A stretch of DNA of 64,000 bases from Coraliomargarita sp. (GTDB taxonomy: Bacteria; Verrucomicrobiota; Verrucomicrobiia; Opitutales; Coraliomargaritaceae), in assembly GCA_965216325.1 (NCBI GenBank), contig OZ244160.1, positions 2,240,001-2,304,000 on the forward strand, in the 5' to 3' direction. A program made the translations under genes and the position numbers. Shown here in pieces: positions 49,232 through 60,234 of the stretch; position 1 is the first letter of the stretch, and every line of letters starts with the position of its first letter. Below the pieces are notes generated by a model. That model was not told the origin of the DNA, did no database searches, and saw only the letters and a program-made list of their open reading frames with translations.

Positions 49232-49978
49232 TTAGCTGCGTGCGCGAATCAAATCAGCATAGAGGCGGCCGAGAGCCAGGTTCACCTCAGCGACGATCTT
49301 GCCATAACGGTTGCGGAAGAAAAAGAAGAAGAACATCGCAGGGATAGCGATGGCCATACCCGATGCCGTGGTGATCAAGGCCTCCGAGATATTGTCGGCG
49401 AGCAGTTCGGGCTTACCCATGCCTTGGCTGGCGATCGAGTTGAAGGCCTTCACCATACCGGAGACGGTTCCGAGTAGTCCGACCATCGGTGCGAGTGCTG
49501 CGATGATGGAGAGGTAGTTGACGATAATATATGGACCGGAGAGTTCTTTGGCAGCGGCATTTTCGAAGGCCTTTTCTACTGCGTCCGGAATGAACTTGGT
49601 CTGTTTGATTTGGTCGAGGCCATAGTTGAAGGTGTTGGTGATCGGGCTTGGGTTGGCTGCGCAGATCTGATGAGCGGTTTCAATGTCCATGGCGCTGCAA
49701 GCTTTGTCGAGTTCTTCGACGACGGCGTCGTTGATGAAGTTGTCACGACGGATCGAGATGAAGTTGAAGACCGCGAAGCCGAAGGTTGCGATGGAGAGGA
49801 TACCAAGTGGAACCATGGCCCATCCGCCGGCAAAGAGCATGTCTAGCAGGGTCTTGCCTTCCGGTTCGGCAACCAGGGGCGCTGCAGCGGCGTCTTGGGC
49901 CATTGCCGGTGTTGCTGCGGCGAAAAGGCATATCAGCGCACCGTTCATAAGGAGTTTGAGGAACTTGTTTTTCATCAT
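49232..49978 (-). CDS. exbB: MotA/TolQ/ExbB proton channel
   Basis: [24 protein letters not shown]. Confidence 0.9.
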   Translation of the reverse strand: MMKNKFLKLLMNGALICLFAAATPAMAQDAAAAPLVAEPEGKTLLDMLFAGGWAMVPLGILSIATFGFAVFNFISIRRDNFINDAVVEELDKACSAMDIETAHQICAANPSPITNTFNYGLDQIKQTKFIPDAVEKAFENAAAKELSGPYIIVNYLSIIAALAPMVGLLGTVSGMVKAFNSIASQGMGKPELLADNISEALITTASGMAIAIPAMFFFFFFRNRYGKIVAEVNLALGRLYADLIRARS

Positions 49979-50029
49979 AGGATTCTAATCGTTGGAGTGG
50001 TGTTTAATTAAAGGTGTCTGGGTTTGGCC

Positions 50030-51139
50030 TTAAGCCCCGCGTTCGTCCTGATACTTCTGCAGCCAAGGACTGGTGGGGTAAAAGATTTCAAATTCACGGA
50101 CCAGACGATCCGCGGCGGTGTCGTCGCCAGACTGCTCGTAACCAAGGATGAGCAGGTAGTAGAGTTCAGCTTTGAAGGTCGCTTCGACGGTGGTGAGCAC
50201 CATGGCGCGTGAGAGATAGCGAAGGCCCTCACGGATGTCGCCTTCGGAGAGGCCGACCCGTCCACGTGCCAAGCAGTAGGTGAGGAAGTTTTCGTCTTCG
50301 CGCTCGAGTTCATCGATACTGCTGAGGAGCTTGCGGGCGGTTTCGTTGTCTCCGGACACCGCGCTGCTGTAGCAGGCCCATAGTAAGCTCTTCTGGCGCA
50401 GCACTTCGTCTTCGGTCTGTGCCAGTGATCCGTAGATTTGTGCGGTCAGATCATGTTGTCCCGCGGTGCGCAGTTTGTCTGCGATGCCGAAGGCGATCTC
50501 GGCAAAGTCATCTTCATCGGTGATGTTGTAGAGTTGACCGAGCAAGCGCACGGTCTGCTTGTATTTGCCTTCATGGATGGTGCGATAGACTAGGCTTTCG
50601 GTGAGTGTCAGGAAGTCGAGTGACAGTGCATTCAGTGGCATGGACATAGTCAATTCGACCGCCTGTTGAAGGGGTGCCTTTTGGACGGCTGCCTCATAGT
50701 AGAGCAGGCAGATGTTGTGGAAGTTGCTATTGGCCTTCGGGAACTCGAGAAAGCGCATCAAGCTGCCCGCCGTGTCTTTCATGCCCTTGTAGTAGGGCAT
50801 GTATTTGCCGTCTACGGCCTTGGCGTTGAGTTCGTTGAAGTTCTTGGGCAGGACCAGTGAGAGCTTCACGTTCTGCGCAGCCATGGGGATTTCAGCGGCC
50901 GCGTCGGGCATATTCGGGAAGGTCAGAAGCAGCCGTCCCTCATTCATGCCTTTGAGGAAGATCTGATTGTTGTTGATGTCGCGCACAGGAACCGGCTTCT
51001 CCAAATTGAAGGTCTTGGAGATTGGCTCAGCTGCGGGAAGCTGGGGTAGGTCCGCGACTTGTGCCTGTAGGCTGGCCGCTGCGATGAGTGCTGAGCCGAT
51101 GCCGACGATGGACTGAAGTTTAAAGAGTGAAGGTTTCAT
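50030..51139 (-). CDS. Secreted TPR-like protein
   Basis: Signal peptide, helical repeats, FYPTSPW terminus. Confidence 0.7.
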   Translation of the reverse strand: MKPSLFKLQSIVGIGSALIAAASLQAQVADLPQLPAAEPISKTFNLEKPVPVRDINNNQIFLKGMNEGRLLLTFPNMPDAAAEIPMAAQNVKLSLVLPKNFNELNAKAVDGKYMPYYKGMKDTAGSLMRFLEFPKANSNFHNICLLYYEAAVQKAPLQQAVELTMSMPLNALSLDFLTLTESLVYRTIHEGKYKQTVRLLGQLYNITDEDDFAEIAFGIADKLRTAGQHDLTAQIYGSLAQTEDEVLRQKSLLWACYSSAVSGDNETARKLLSSIDELEREDENFLTYCLARGRVGLSEGDIREGLRYLSRAMVLTTVEATFKAELYYLLILGYEQSGDDTAADRLVREFEIFYPTSPWLQKYQDERGA

Positions 51140-54100
51140 CGATCAATAGGTAAGCTTCTGTTTGCTGGAGAATGGACAGGCGGGTGCGGTATTCTTCCAG
51201 CAGTTGCTGGACGCTTTCCGTCTCTCCCATTTCCTGCAGTGTCAGTAGGTCATAGCAGTAGGCCCAGGAGACGGTCTCCGCGTAGCCACCGTAAGCAACG
51301 ATCAGACGTTCGAAGAAGCCGTGTGCTTCGGCGAGTTGCCCCTGGCGGCGATAAGCCATTCCAAGTTCCAGGTGCGCTTTGGCGTGGTTGAGCCCCTTCC
51401 ATGCAGGGTTGCGCAAAATCATCCCAAGCACTTCGATGGCCTCTTGGTCACGTCCGAGCTCTGAAAGAATACGGCCCTTTTTCAGGTGCGGATCGGCGTT
51501 TTTGATCTTTAGCGCGAAGCGTGTAGTTACCAATTTGTAGTAGCTCAGTGCGGTTTCCCAGTCTTCCTTTGTGCCACTGGCTTCGGCTTGGCGTAAGGTG
51601 ATTTCAGCCATTGCCATTACCGAATCGTAAGCAGTTGGTGCATATGGGTGGCGCTTGAGCGCAAAGGTGTAGAGCTTGATCGCTTCGTCCGGATTGGAGT
51701 CTTCACGCTTGGCCGCGGCCCAGTTGATGACTGCTGGAGGAGCTGAGGTGAGCTCTTCGTCGGTATATAGAATTTGGCCGCGCTCGTTCTCTTCTTTCAG
51801 ACTGTCGAGTGCCATCTCACTGCGCATTACCAGCGCATACTTGTCGTTGGCTTTGGCGTCGGCTAACAGTTCAGGGAAAAGCTTTCTCGGTGTGTATGGT
51901 GCGAGCTTGTCGGACTTTTCGGCGTAGAAGTCATACAGCTTGCTGAGCTGCTCGGTAGCCATCTCGGTGGTAATGACGGGCCCCTTGGGGGGGATTTCGG
52001 CACCGGTTTCAGGGTCGATCTGGATTTCGGTCTCAATGATCTGCGCACGGAACTCGCGGTCGCGGACCAATTTGTTGGCGAGCGAACGCTCGAGGAAGAC
52101 CCCTTCGTCGCTTTGCATGAACTGGTATTGATACGCGCGGTCGGTGAGGAACTGCTTGCGGAATTCAGGCTCGGAGAGCAGGCGGTCCAGTAGTGCAGTT
52201 GAGGCGTTGAAGGTCTTTTCGTAGCGGACGTAATCCGTTACGTAGCCGGAGATCAACTGGTCGACAGCGTAGCGCCAAGCGTCGTTACCCAGTAACTGGA
52301 TCGCCTCGGCGTGGAAATTGAAGCGCAGGTCATACATGCCCAGACGGTCGTAAATCATGCCCACTCGGAAGTAAGCATCTGCGAGTTGGCCAGTTTCATC
52401 ATGGCGCTCGATATAGGACTGGAGCACTCCGATCGCTTCGTCCTGCTTGCTGTCGATCTCCAGCACTTCTGCCAGTGCAAAGGTCGCCTTCGCAATGAAG
52501 GCTGGATTTTGCGTGTTGGTTTCGACATGGCGATAGTGCCCGGCAGACTCCGCGTATGCGCGGCGCTCGCGTTTTAGATCTCCAAGATACAGCTCGGCTT
52601 CACCGCGAAGCGAGCTCTTGGGATATTTGGAGACGAATGCTGCAAATTGATCTTCTGCTTCACGTTTCTTCTGCAGGCCGTAGAGGCAGATACCGTAGCG
52701 GTAGACAACGTCTTCGTAGTAGTTGCTGCGGTTGCTATAGTCATCGATGAAGCCTTTCATCGTAGCGGCAGCTTTGCCGTAGTCCGCCAGCAGGATTTCG
52801 GATAAGCCTGTCCAGTAACGGGTGGTCTCATATAGTGGCTCTTCGCCGTTGTAGCGGCGCATCAGTGGTGGCACGTAAGCATTCAACTCGGCAAACTGAG
52901 AGAACTGCACGTAGTAGTTGCCCACGTAATTGACCAACTGTGCCGCCACACGGAAGCTCTTCGGATCCTCGAGGTAGTCCTTGCAGAGTTTGAGCAGGTC
53001 CTCGTAGCGCTGCTGCTTGGAGTAGAACGCCGCAAGGCCAAGGATCACTTCGTTTTCGTATTTGGTATACTTCTCGTTGTCTAAGTATTCGCTGGCGAGC
53101 ATCTCAAGCATATAGACGTCGACGAGTAGGTCGGCTTGCTTGAAGGAGATAAACAGGAAGTCTTCGACTTGCTCGTGGTCGGGATGATCCTGATAGAGGT
53201 GGTAGAAGGCCCAAAGCGCCTCCCAGTTACGCTGGGTTTCTTTGAACACGCGCGCGATGCGCCATTTCATATCCACGTCGTAAGAGCGAATCTCGCGCAC
53301 CGCTTTGAGGTTGGCCTGAGCTGACTTGAGCTGGCCGTCTACAATCGCGTAGCTGTCGGCTTCTGGTGCAATGTAGCGAATCTTGTTCTGCAGCTTGGAA
53401 ACCAGATCGCGGTAGAATTCGATAATCGAATCGCGCGACTTCACAAAGGTGTAGAGCAGGATAGCCTGATCGTAGTCCTTGCGCTCAAACATCGCATCGC
53501 CGGTCTTTAATAGCTTAATGTTGAACTTTGGGTCGTAGATCGCTTCGTAACGTCCGGTCAAATAGCGTAGATAGGGGGTGACTTCCTTGGCTTCACCTTT
53601 GGCTAGATAGCCTTGAATGAGCCAAGTTGCCGATTGAGCGCGCAGGTCCGGATCCAGCACTGATGACTTGAACACTTCAAGGAACAAAGGAATGCCGCTG
53701 GCAGCGTCATTCGACTTGATGTAGATACGGCACATCTTATCGCGTGCGGCCTTGCGCAGGGTGGCTTTTTCGCTGCGGCGAAACAGCCAGTCGAACTGAG
53801 TAATTGCCTGCTCGTATTGCTTCAGGTCTTCGTGAGCACCCCCGAGGTTGAAGCGCACGAAGTCGCGCCGGACGCCCGCCGGGAATTTCTCGATGTAAGT
53901 TTCATATTGTGTAATCGCATTCTGTAGCGTGGCATCCGACTTATCCTTCGCGTATTCGTCTTGATAGGACAGGGCCATCAGGAATGTCAGCGACTCCTGT
54001 TGTTCAGGCTTATTGGCGGTGCGCTTCAGTAGCTCACCGATTACCGGACGTAGTGGCACCAGATCGCCGCTTAGACCATCCTTGATCCGCTCAAATAGTG

Positions 54101-54209
54101 CAGCCTCGGATTCATCGGATAAGTCCTGCCCATGACTGCTGGTTAGCGGCAGTAACCAGAACACTGCGAGGACATAGACTAAATATTGGGGTAAGCGTGA
54201 TATGGTCAT
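51120..54209 (-). CDS. Large secreted TPR protein
   Basis: Signal peptide from MTISRLP; many TPR-like repeats (YIEKFP, FVSKYPKS). Confidence 0.78.
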   Translation of the reverse strand: MTISRLPQYLVYVLAVFWLLPLTSSHGQDLSDESEAALFERIKDGLSGDLVPLRPVIGELLKRTANKPEQQESLTFLMALSYQDEYAKDKSDATLQNAITQYETYIEKFPAGVRRDFVRFNLGGAHEDLKQYEQAITQFDWLFRRSEKATLRKAARDKMCRIYIKSNDAASGIPLFLEVFKSSVLDPDLRAQSATWLIQGYLAKGEAKEVTPYLRYLTGRYEAIYDPKFNIKLLKTGDAMFERKDYDQAILLYTFVKSRDSIIEFYRDLVSKLQNKIRYIAPEADSYAIVDGQLKSAQANLKAVREIRSYDVDMKWRIARVFKETQRNWEALWAFYHLYQDHPDHEQVEDFLFISFKQADLLVDVYMLEMLASEYLDNEKYTKYENEVILGLAAFYSKQQRYEDLLKLCKDYLEDPKSFRVAAQLVNYVGNYYVQFSQFAELNAYVPPLMRRYNGEEPLYETTRYWTGLSEILLADYGKAAATMKGFIDDYSNRSNYYEDVVYRYGICLYGLQKKREAEDQFAAFVSKYPKSSLRGEAELYLGDLKRERRAYAESAGHYRHVETNTQNPAFIAKATFALAEVLEIDSKQDEAIGVLQSYIERHDETGQLADAYFRVGMIYDRLGMYDLRFNFHAEAIQLLGNDAWRYAVDQLISGYVTDYVRYEKTFNASTALLDRLLSEPEFRKQFLTDRAYQYQFMQSDEGVFLERSLANKLVRDREFRAQIIETEIQIDPETGAEIPPKGPVITTEMATEQLSKLYDFYAEKSDKLAPYTPRKLFPELLADAKANDKYALVMRSEMALDSLKEENERGQILYTDEELTSAPPAVINWAAAKREDSNPDEAIKLYTFALKRHPYAPTAYDSVMAMAEITLRQAEASGTKEDWETALSYYKLVTTRFALKIKNADPHLKKGRILSELGRDQEAIEVLGMILRNPAWKGLNHAKAHLELGMAYRRQGQLAEAHGFFERLIVAYGGYAETVSWAYCYDLLTLQEMGETESVQQLLEEYRTRLSILQQTEAYLLIDETFTL

Positions 54210-54332
54210 GCTGTATTTCTTGCGGCAGTCAGGTGTTGAGTCAGGAGTCGCTTCACTGGGTTTGAGTAAATTTAAACCGTTAGGGTTTTGTGTGCCGTGG
54301 AGGTGTTTGGCTGGCAGGGGAGAGGACGGCAA

Positions 54333-55355
54333 CTAGTTCAGGACTTTAAGGAAGAACTGCCCGTCTGTTTCGTCGGCTAGTTCCTGTAGTAGGGGTAAGG
54401 TCTGTTCGCGGCGGGTCTTCTTACTTGCGCTCAAAGGGGTAACGAAGTCGTGTATGACCAAAGAGATGCCGCCTCGTTTCATGCTGCGTAGGACGTTCTT
54501 GGCCTCGCTCTCGTGGATCGAGTCTTCGAAGTCGGCAAACCAGTAGATGGTATCGACACCTTTATCGCGAAGGAACTCCATGGCATTATTTGAACCTCCA
54601 CTAGCGGTGGTTCCTGTCGAAGACTCTGCAAATAAGATGTAGCCATTGTCTTGTTGTTCAAATTCGCCCCAAATCTCGACAAAGGCAGGGTTCGTTTCGA
54701 GCAGCCCCTCGATATACGGTTGAGTGGAGTATCTGCCGACCTTGGTGTGCTTTCGAGTGCCGCGTTCGTATTCTCTGAAAGCGTAAATACTGGTGCTATG
54801 GCTGCTGATCGCACAGCCAGGGACGAGGACAACGATTGCATCCGTGAACTTTTTGTTGATCTCGTTCAAGACCTTGTCGATCTGCTTATGGGTTGAGCGG
54901 GAGATATCCAGAATCACGCCCAGTTTGGTGGCGCTGATTTGTGCGCCAAACAGATCTGCGGTGATTGCCATTTCCCGCATGTGTTGGATACTGCTCGCGC
55001 TTCCACCATTACCGCTGCCAAAACCAGCGCTGCCACGACCGTAGGTGGAATAACTGTCAACAGTGACATCAATATCAAGTGCGGGGAGCTCAATATCCGG
55101 GGAATCTACAGTGATTGGGCTTGGGCGTAGTGGGGCGCTGGCTGCATTCCGTTGCTCTAGATTGACTGTATATTCGGGGATTTCTTGAGCTGGAGGCGGA
55201 GGTGGGGGCGGCTGAAAGGTGACCTCTTCGCGCATGACAGCTTGTGCAATCTTAACCACTCCGAAGGTGAGAAGTCCTAACAAGTGGACACCGATGCTGA
55301 TAATCAGAACCAGAGCGAGGGCACTGCGTGTAGACTTTTTGCTGGTGAGATTCAT
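54333..55355 (-). CDS. TonB-like anchored, Pro-rich protein with vWA-like C-terminal domain
   Basis: ISIGVH anchor, poly-Pro, GVILDISRST (MIDAS-like), DTIYWFAD, LADETDGQF. Confidence 0.62.
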   Translation of the reverse strand: MNLTSKKSTRSALALVLIISIGVHLLGLLTFGVVKIAQAVMREEVTFQPPPPPPPAQEIPEYTVNLEQRNAASAPLRPSPITVDSPDIELPALDIDVTVDSYSTYGRGSAGFGSGNGGSASSIQHMREMAITADLFGAQISATKLGVILDISRSTHKQIDKVLNEINKKFTDAIVVLVPGCAISSHSTSIYAFREYERGTRKHTKVGRYSTQPYIEGLLETNPAFVEIWGEFEQQDNGYILFAESSTGTTASGGSNNAMEFLRDKGVDTIYWFADFEDSIHESEAKNVLRSMKRGGISLVIHDFVTPLSASKKTRREQTLPLLQELADETDGQFFLKVLN

Positions 55356-55699
55356 TGATGGGGATTTGCGCAGTCGAACTGCATGTTCTTCGGGACATGT
55401 GACTAGGATTTTTTTAGAAGGGCAGCTTTCTAGCCCACTCGTCTTATGGTTGGGGACTCAATGTACATGGCTCTTTTGGTCGGTGGGGAGTGTTTTAGAG
55501 ATAATCTAACGAGCGCTATGGTAAAGAGTTTTTATGGCTTTAGAGGCTTTTTTTGGCTGATTATCTATTTGTCAGGAAATGGTTTCTTATTAAACGTAGT
55601 GCTGTCTGTTTTAGGTTGCCGACGTCTGTGCTGTAATTGACCTTGAATTTTTTAGGCTACGCTGGAATGGCACTAAGTTAAGCGATTGAACTGAAGGAC

Positions 55700-55776
55700 G
55701 TTGGCGCGTTGCTTGCGACGCCCGCCTCGTCAGAGTCGCCGTCCCCGACTACGGGCGTCAAAAGTAACGCCACTAT
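55700..55776. repeat. Degenerate GTAG-type REP doublet
   Basis: gcgttgcttgcgacgcccgc identical to the copy at 40292. Confidence 0.6.
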
Positions 55777-56274
55777 GATTTAGCGTATACCCACGGTTAT
55801 TATCAGCTTAAGTTGGGGGTGTTCAGGCTACGCTGAAATTGAAAGGGAAGACGTTTAGCCTACGTTTGCAGCTCGTTTATGTGGCTTGCTGTATTTTTTC
55901 TCAGCAAGCTTGGGGAGCCCCTTCGGGCGAATTGACTGAGTAGCTTGCCCGCATGATGAAATAGATATGAAGTGGAGAAACGCTCTATTGGATAGCAAAC
56001 AGCCCCCGCTGTTGAAGCGGAGGCTGGTTAAGACAGATAGTCTGTGGACTTAGGATTGTTGTCTGATCGCTGCGGGCAATGGCTGCATTGAGCTTCTCGT
56101 AGATGTGCCGCGTATTGTGCGCGGGGGGGGGCTCCAGTCGTTATCGGTGGATACATGTAGCAATGCCGGTGCCGTGTTGTTGCTAAAGGCCACTAAGCAG
56201 ATGTGTAGGCATACAGAAATAATAACGCGCTTTGACATGAACATCGCTCTCTCGAGGTTCGTATAGCGAGGTAA

Positions 56275-57098
56275 CTTGGTTGAAGATCGTGATTAAGAAG
56301 TCGCCATAGGCATCCGCGGGCACTGCAAAATCCGACATCTTCGGGTTCTCTTGCGATGCTGGAGGATGCAATAGGTCAGGGGGGGGCGGCATGGTCGAGC
56401 CCGAGCTTAGCTGCTGCGGTGTCGACTTCGCGTTCAACGATAGGGATGAACTGTAGATAGGTCGATCCGATGCTCTTTAGGAACTCATAGATCTTGAGTG
56501 GATGCTTGACGGTCTCCGCGTTCACACAGGTCAGGGTATTGAACTCGACCTTGTATTTTTGTAGGATTTCCAGAGCGCGTAGGACATCCTTGAAAGAGCC
56601 GCGTGCTTTCTTATCGACCCGATAGTGATCGTGTAATGCTTCGGGGCCATCGATGGAGAGCCCGACTAGAAATTTGTTTTCGGCCAGAAACTCACCCCAT
56701 TCATCGTTGAGTAGTGTGCCGTTTGTTTGAAAGGCGGTTTCGATGCGCTTGCCGTTGGCGTGCTTCTTTTGGAACTTGACGACTTTGCGGAAGAAATTGA
56801 CCCCGAGCAGGGTGGGTTCCCCTCCTTGGAATGCGAAGCTGACCTCATTGCCGGGTTGAGCCGCAATGTAATCTCGAATGAAGGCTTCCAGTCGCTCGTC
56901 GGACATCTTCCACTTTTCATTTTCGGGATAGAGCTGTTCCTTTTCGAGGTAGAAGCAGTATTTGCAGTCTAGATTGCAGATGGGGCCAATGGCTTTGGCG
57001 ATGACGTGAAAGGGCGCATTTGCTGGGCCAGTGATTCCGGACTGCTGTTTCGACCTGGTAGGTTGCGCGGGGAGATTGTCTGGCTCTTGGTTGCTCAT
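56275..57098 (-). pseudogene. Anaerobic sulfatase-maturating radical SAM enzyme, frameshifted and truncated
   Basis: CNLDCKYC, QGGEP, LSIDGP, LQFIPIVER; stop after a C8 run, homology resumes in another frame (YGDFLITIFNQ) and then ends without a SPASM domain. Confidence 0.8.
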
Positions 57099-57352
57099 TG
57101 GATACGCGGACTTTAGAGTGAATTCGGGGCTGAGCGCTTGTTCTATCTGGATGAAGTTCTACCGAGAGTCTGCTTGTAGCCCGAGCTTTGTGGCCAGATG
57201 CATGCTAGTCAGTCCCGAGTGCTTGCTTGGTGCCGTGCCGTGCTGGCGGACAGCCCGCGAGTGTCGAGGAGACTGGAGTCGGGCGCTTGTGCATTTTACA
57301 TGAGGCGTAATTGTCTGTTGACTCTAGCGGCTGGAATTTTGTCCTGTCCGAC

Positions 57353-58708
57353 ATGCAATTTATCAGCACACGCGGTCAGGTGCCGCCCGTTTCGTTTTCG
57401 ACAGCCGTTGAGCAAGGCCTCGCTCCCGATGGTGGCCTCTACTTGCCTGAGCAGTTGCCAGACCTTACGCCGTATTTGAAGGACTGGGCCGGCCTGAGCT
57501 ATGCGGAACTCTGCGAGGCATTCTTTGCGATCTTCGCCACCGACATTCCGCGTGAGGAGCTCAGCGGTATTGTGCAACGCTCTTACACCAAGTTCGACGA
57601 TCCGGAGATTGCTCCGATCCAGAAGCTGGCTGACCAAACCTACGTTCTCGAGTTGTTCCACGGGCCGACTCTCGCGTTCAAGGACTTTGCCTTGCAACTC
57701 TTGGGCAACCTCTATGAGGCACAGATTGCGCGCACCGGTCGCCCGATCTCTGTGCTGGGTGCAACCTCGGGCGATACCGGCGCGGCTGCGATTCACGGTC
57801 TGCTCGGTAAGAAGGGCGTGACCTCCTTTATCCTGTATCCAGATGGCCGTGTGTCTCCCTTGCAAGAGCGCCAGATGACTTGCACCGAAGCGGACAACGT
57901 GTTCCCGCTGGCGATTCAGGGCAGCTTTGACGACGCGCAGGCAGCGATGAAGACGGTTTTTGAAGACCGCGAGTTCGCGGCCGAGGTGGGTCTCTCTGCG
58001 GTCAACTCGATCAATCTCGCGCGGATTCTTGCGCAGTGTGTTTACTATTTGTCCGCCTTCTTCCGTTTGCCGGAAGACATTCGCGAGCAAACAACCTTCG
58101 TCGTGCCAACCGGTAACTTTGGTAACGTGTTGGCCGGCTGGTTGGTGCAGCGCATGGGCGTGCCGATGAAGGGCTTCCGTGTGGCAACCAACCAGAATGA
58201 CATTTTGCACCGCTTGTTCTCGACGGGCACTTACGAGCTCGACGCCGTTGCGCCGAGCCTGGCGCCGTCGATGGACATCCAAGTGGCGTCCAACTTCGAG
58301 CGTTTCCTCTACTACGCAGTAGATGGTGATGCTGCCAAGGTGCGCGAAATCATCAGCACCTTTAAGTCGACCGGTAAATACGTCTTCGAGAATTTTGACA
58401 GCGCTGGCTTCAGCAGCTCCCGCACCGACGACGTGGAGATCGCTGAGATCATCAAGCGTGTGTATGCGCAGTTCGACTACGTTGCTGATCCGCACACTGC
58501 TTGTGGCTTTGCACCATCCAGCGATGAAGGTCCGGAGATCATTCTGTCGACCGCGCACCCGGCGAAGTTCCCGGATACGATCCAGAGCGCGATTGGAGTG
58601 GATTCAACTCACCCAAGCTTGGAAGCGTTGAAGACACGCGAGATCGTGAAGCACCATGTTGAGCCAACGCCAGCGGCGATTAAGGCTTTCATGCGCGAGC
58701 ACGTGTAG
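57353..58708 (+). CDS. thrC: Threonine synthase
   Basis: GLAPDGGLY, FHGPTLAFKD, ATSGDTG, PTGNFGN, TAHPAKF. Confidence 0.95.
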   Translation: MQFISTRGQVPPVSFSTAVEQGLAPDGGLYLPEQLPDLTPYLKDWAGLSYAELCEAFFAIFATDIPREELSGIVQRSYTKFDDPEIAPIQKLADQTYVLELFHGPTLAFKDFALQLLGNLYEAQIARTGRPISVLGATSGDTGAAAIHGLLGKKGVTSFILYPDGRVSPLQERQMTCTEADNVFPLAIQGSFDDAQAAMKTVFEDREFAAEVGLSAVNSINLARILAQCVYYLSAFFRLPEDIREQTTFVVPTGNFGNVLAGWLVQRMGVPMKGFRVATNQNDILHRLFSTGTYELDAVAPSLAPSMDIQVASNFERFLYYAVDGDAAKVREIISTFKSTGKYVFENFDSAGFSSSRTDDVEIAEIIKRVYAQFDYVADPHTACGFAPSSDEGPEIILSTAHPAKFPDTIQSAIGVDSTHPSLEALKTREIVKHHVEPTPAAIKAFMREHV

Positions 58709-58783
58709 TGGGTGCTCCGCTTGCGGATGCACGTTGCTGTGGGGAAGAGCGGCTGTGAAGTGACGCACAAGTGCGCACGCTAC
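58705..58783. repeat. Degenerate GTAG-type REP doublet
   Basis: GTAG...CTAC; supplies the thrC TAG stop. Confidence 0.5.
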
Positions 58784-58839
58784 GTCTGTCTCTGCCTCCT
58801 CTGACACTTGGTGATGCGGACGGCTGAGGGCAGCCGTCC

Positions 58840-59103
58840 CTACCGAAGTCCAAGCGCCTGCTTCACCGCAGGTGCTTTGTTGACGGCTGCTTGAAACTCC
58901 TGCACGTCGAAGTCGGCTACGATGAAGTCGCCGTAGGCGAAGGTGGGAGCCTTGGTTTGGCCACTGAGTTGCTTCATCTGGTCCATGAAGGGCTTGTTGG
59001 AGCGCACTTCACGCAGCTCAACGTGCACGCCTTGAGCCTGAAAATAGTTGACGGCTTCGTTGCACCAGGGGCAACCGGACTTGATGTAAAGGATGGGTGT
59101 CAT
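58840..59103 (-). CDS. Glutaredoxin family protein
   Basis: CPWC, SGQTKAP. Confidence 0.85.
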   Translation of the reverse strand: MTPILYIKSGCPWCNEAVNYFQAQGVHVELREVRSNKPFMDQMKQLSGQTKAPTFAYGDFIVADFDVQEFQAAVNKAPAVKQALGLR

Positions 59104-59193
59104 GTTATACTAATCTTAATCGTAATCCTAATCTTACTCCTAATCTATCGTTGGGCTTGTGATTAATAGTAGGATTAAGATTAGGAGTTTCTT

Positions 59194-60234
59194 TTAAAGT
59201 GTCCGGCGGCGTAGTTGCAACCAGAGGTTCCACGCGTGGGCTTTGAGGATGGTGCGAGCCTTGTCGATCTCGGCTTTGCGTAGCGCCAGGTTTTCGTTGG
59301 CTATGGTGGAGAGGTCGTCGAGGTTGTAGAGGTAGACGTTATCGATGTCGTCGACTGCTGGGTCGATGTCACGCGGCATAGCGAGGTCGATCAGGAACAG
59401 TGGCTGTGCACGGCGTTGTTTCAAGGCTCCGCGAATGGTATCGGGTGTGAGGATCGCGCCGGGCGCTGCGGTCGAGCTGATGATGATGTCGAAGCGATGC
59501 AGCTGGTTGACGAAGTCCTCGAAGTCGATGGCTGCGCCGCCGAATTGGTGTGCGAGTTTGTGCGCGTTTTCGAAGGTCCGGCTACTAACGCTGATGTCCG
59601 CAACGCCGCGGCTCTTGAGTGCCTGGGCAGTGAGCTCCCCGACTTCGCCGGAGCCGAGCAGGAGCACACGGCTGTTCTTGAGCTGTCCAAATATGCGGTT
59701 GGCTAGGTCGACCGCTACGTTGCCGATACTGACTTGTCCTTTGGTGATACCAGTCTGTGTCCGTGCCGACTTGGCGGCTTGGAAGCTTTTTTCGAAGAGA
59801 CGGTTGAGGACGGGGCCGGTGCAGTTGCCAGCTTTGGCGTCTGCGTAGGCAGATTTCATTTGGCCGAGGATTTCGGTTTCGCCCACCATTTGGGAATCGA
59901 GCCCTGTTGAGACTTCGAAGGCGTGTTGGAGCACGTCGAGATTGGTATGACGGAAGGCGTGTTGGTCGAAGAGAGAGGCGTCGACCGAGTGTTTGTGGCA
60001 GAACAGGTCGCGTACACGATCGGCGATTTTTGGATTCTGAGCTAAGCCGTAGATCTCTAGGCGGTTGCAGGTGCCGAGCACGAGGCTCTCGCGCAGTTCC
60101 GGCATCTCTTTGAGCGCGTCTTGCAGTTCTTGCGCCTCCTCTGAGGTGAGGGCGAAGCGTTCGCGCACTTCAAGCGGTGTTTTGTGGTGAGAGCAGCCCA
60201 ACACAAACAATGACTGTAGGGCGTCTTCGCTCAT
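59194..60234 (-). CDS. hemA: Glutamyl-tRNA reductase (short form)
   Basis: [22 protein letters not shown]. Confidence 0.93.
   Translation of the reverse strand: MSEDALQSLFVLGCSHHKTPLEVRERFALTSEEAQELQDALKEMPELRESLVLGTCNRLEIYGLAQNPKIADRVRDLFCHKHSVDASLFDQHAFRHTNLDVLQHAFEVSTGLDSQMVGETEILGQMKSAYADAKAGNCTGPVLNRLFEKSFQAAKSARTQTGITKGQVSIGNVAVDLANRIFGQLKNSRVLLLGSGEVGELTAQALKSRGVADISVSSRTFENAHKLAHQFGGAAIDFEDFVNQLHRFDIIISSTAAPGAILTPDTIRGALKQRRAQPLFLIDLAMPRDIDPAVDDIDNVYLYNLDDLSTIANENLALRKAEIDKARTILKAHAWNLWLQLRRRTL

Noticed and set aside
55654..55842. AGGCTACGCTG(G/A)AAT direct repeat upstream of the Ton-like operon
   Set aside because: Only two short copies; cannot be distinguished from chance or repeat debris
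59194..60234. hemA as a truncated pseudogene
   Set aside because: Catalytic and NADPH-binding motifs are intact, and no downstream remnant is visible
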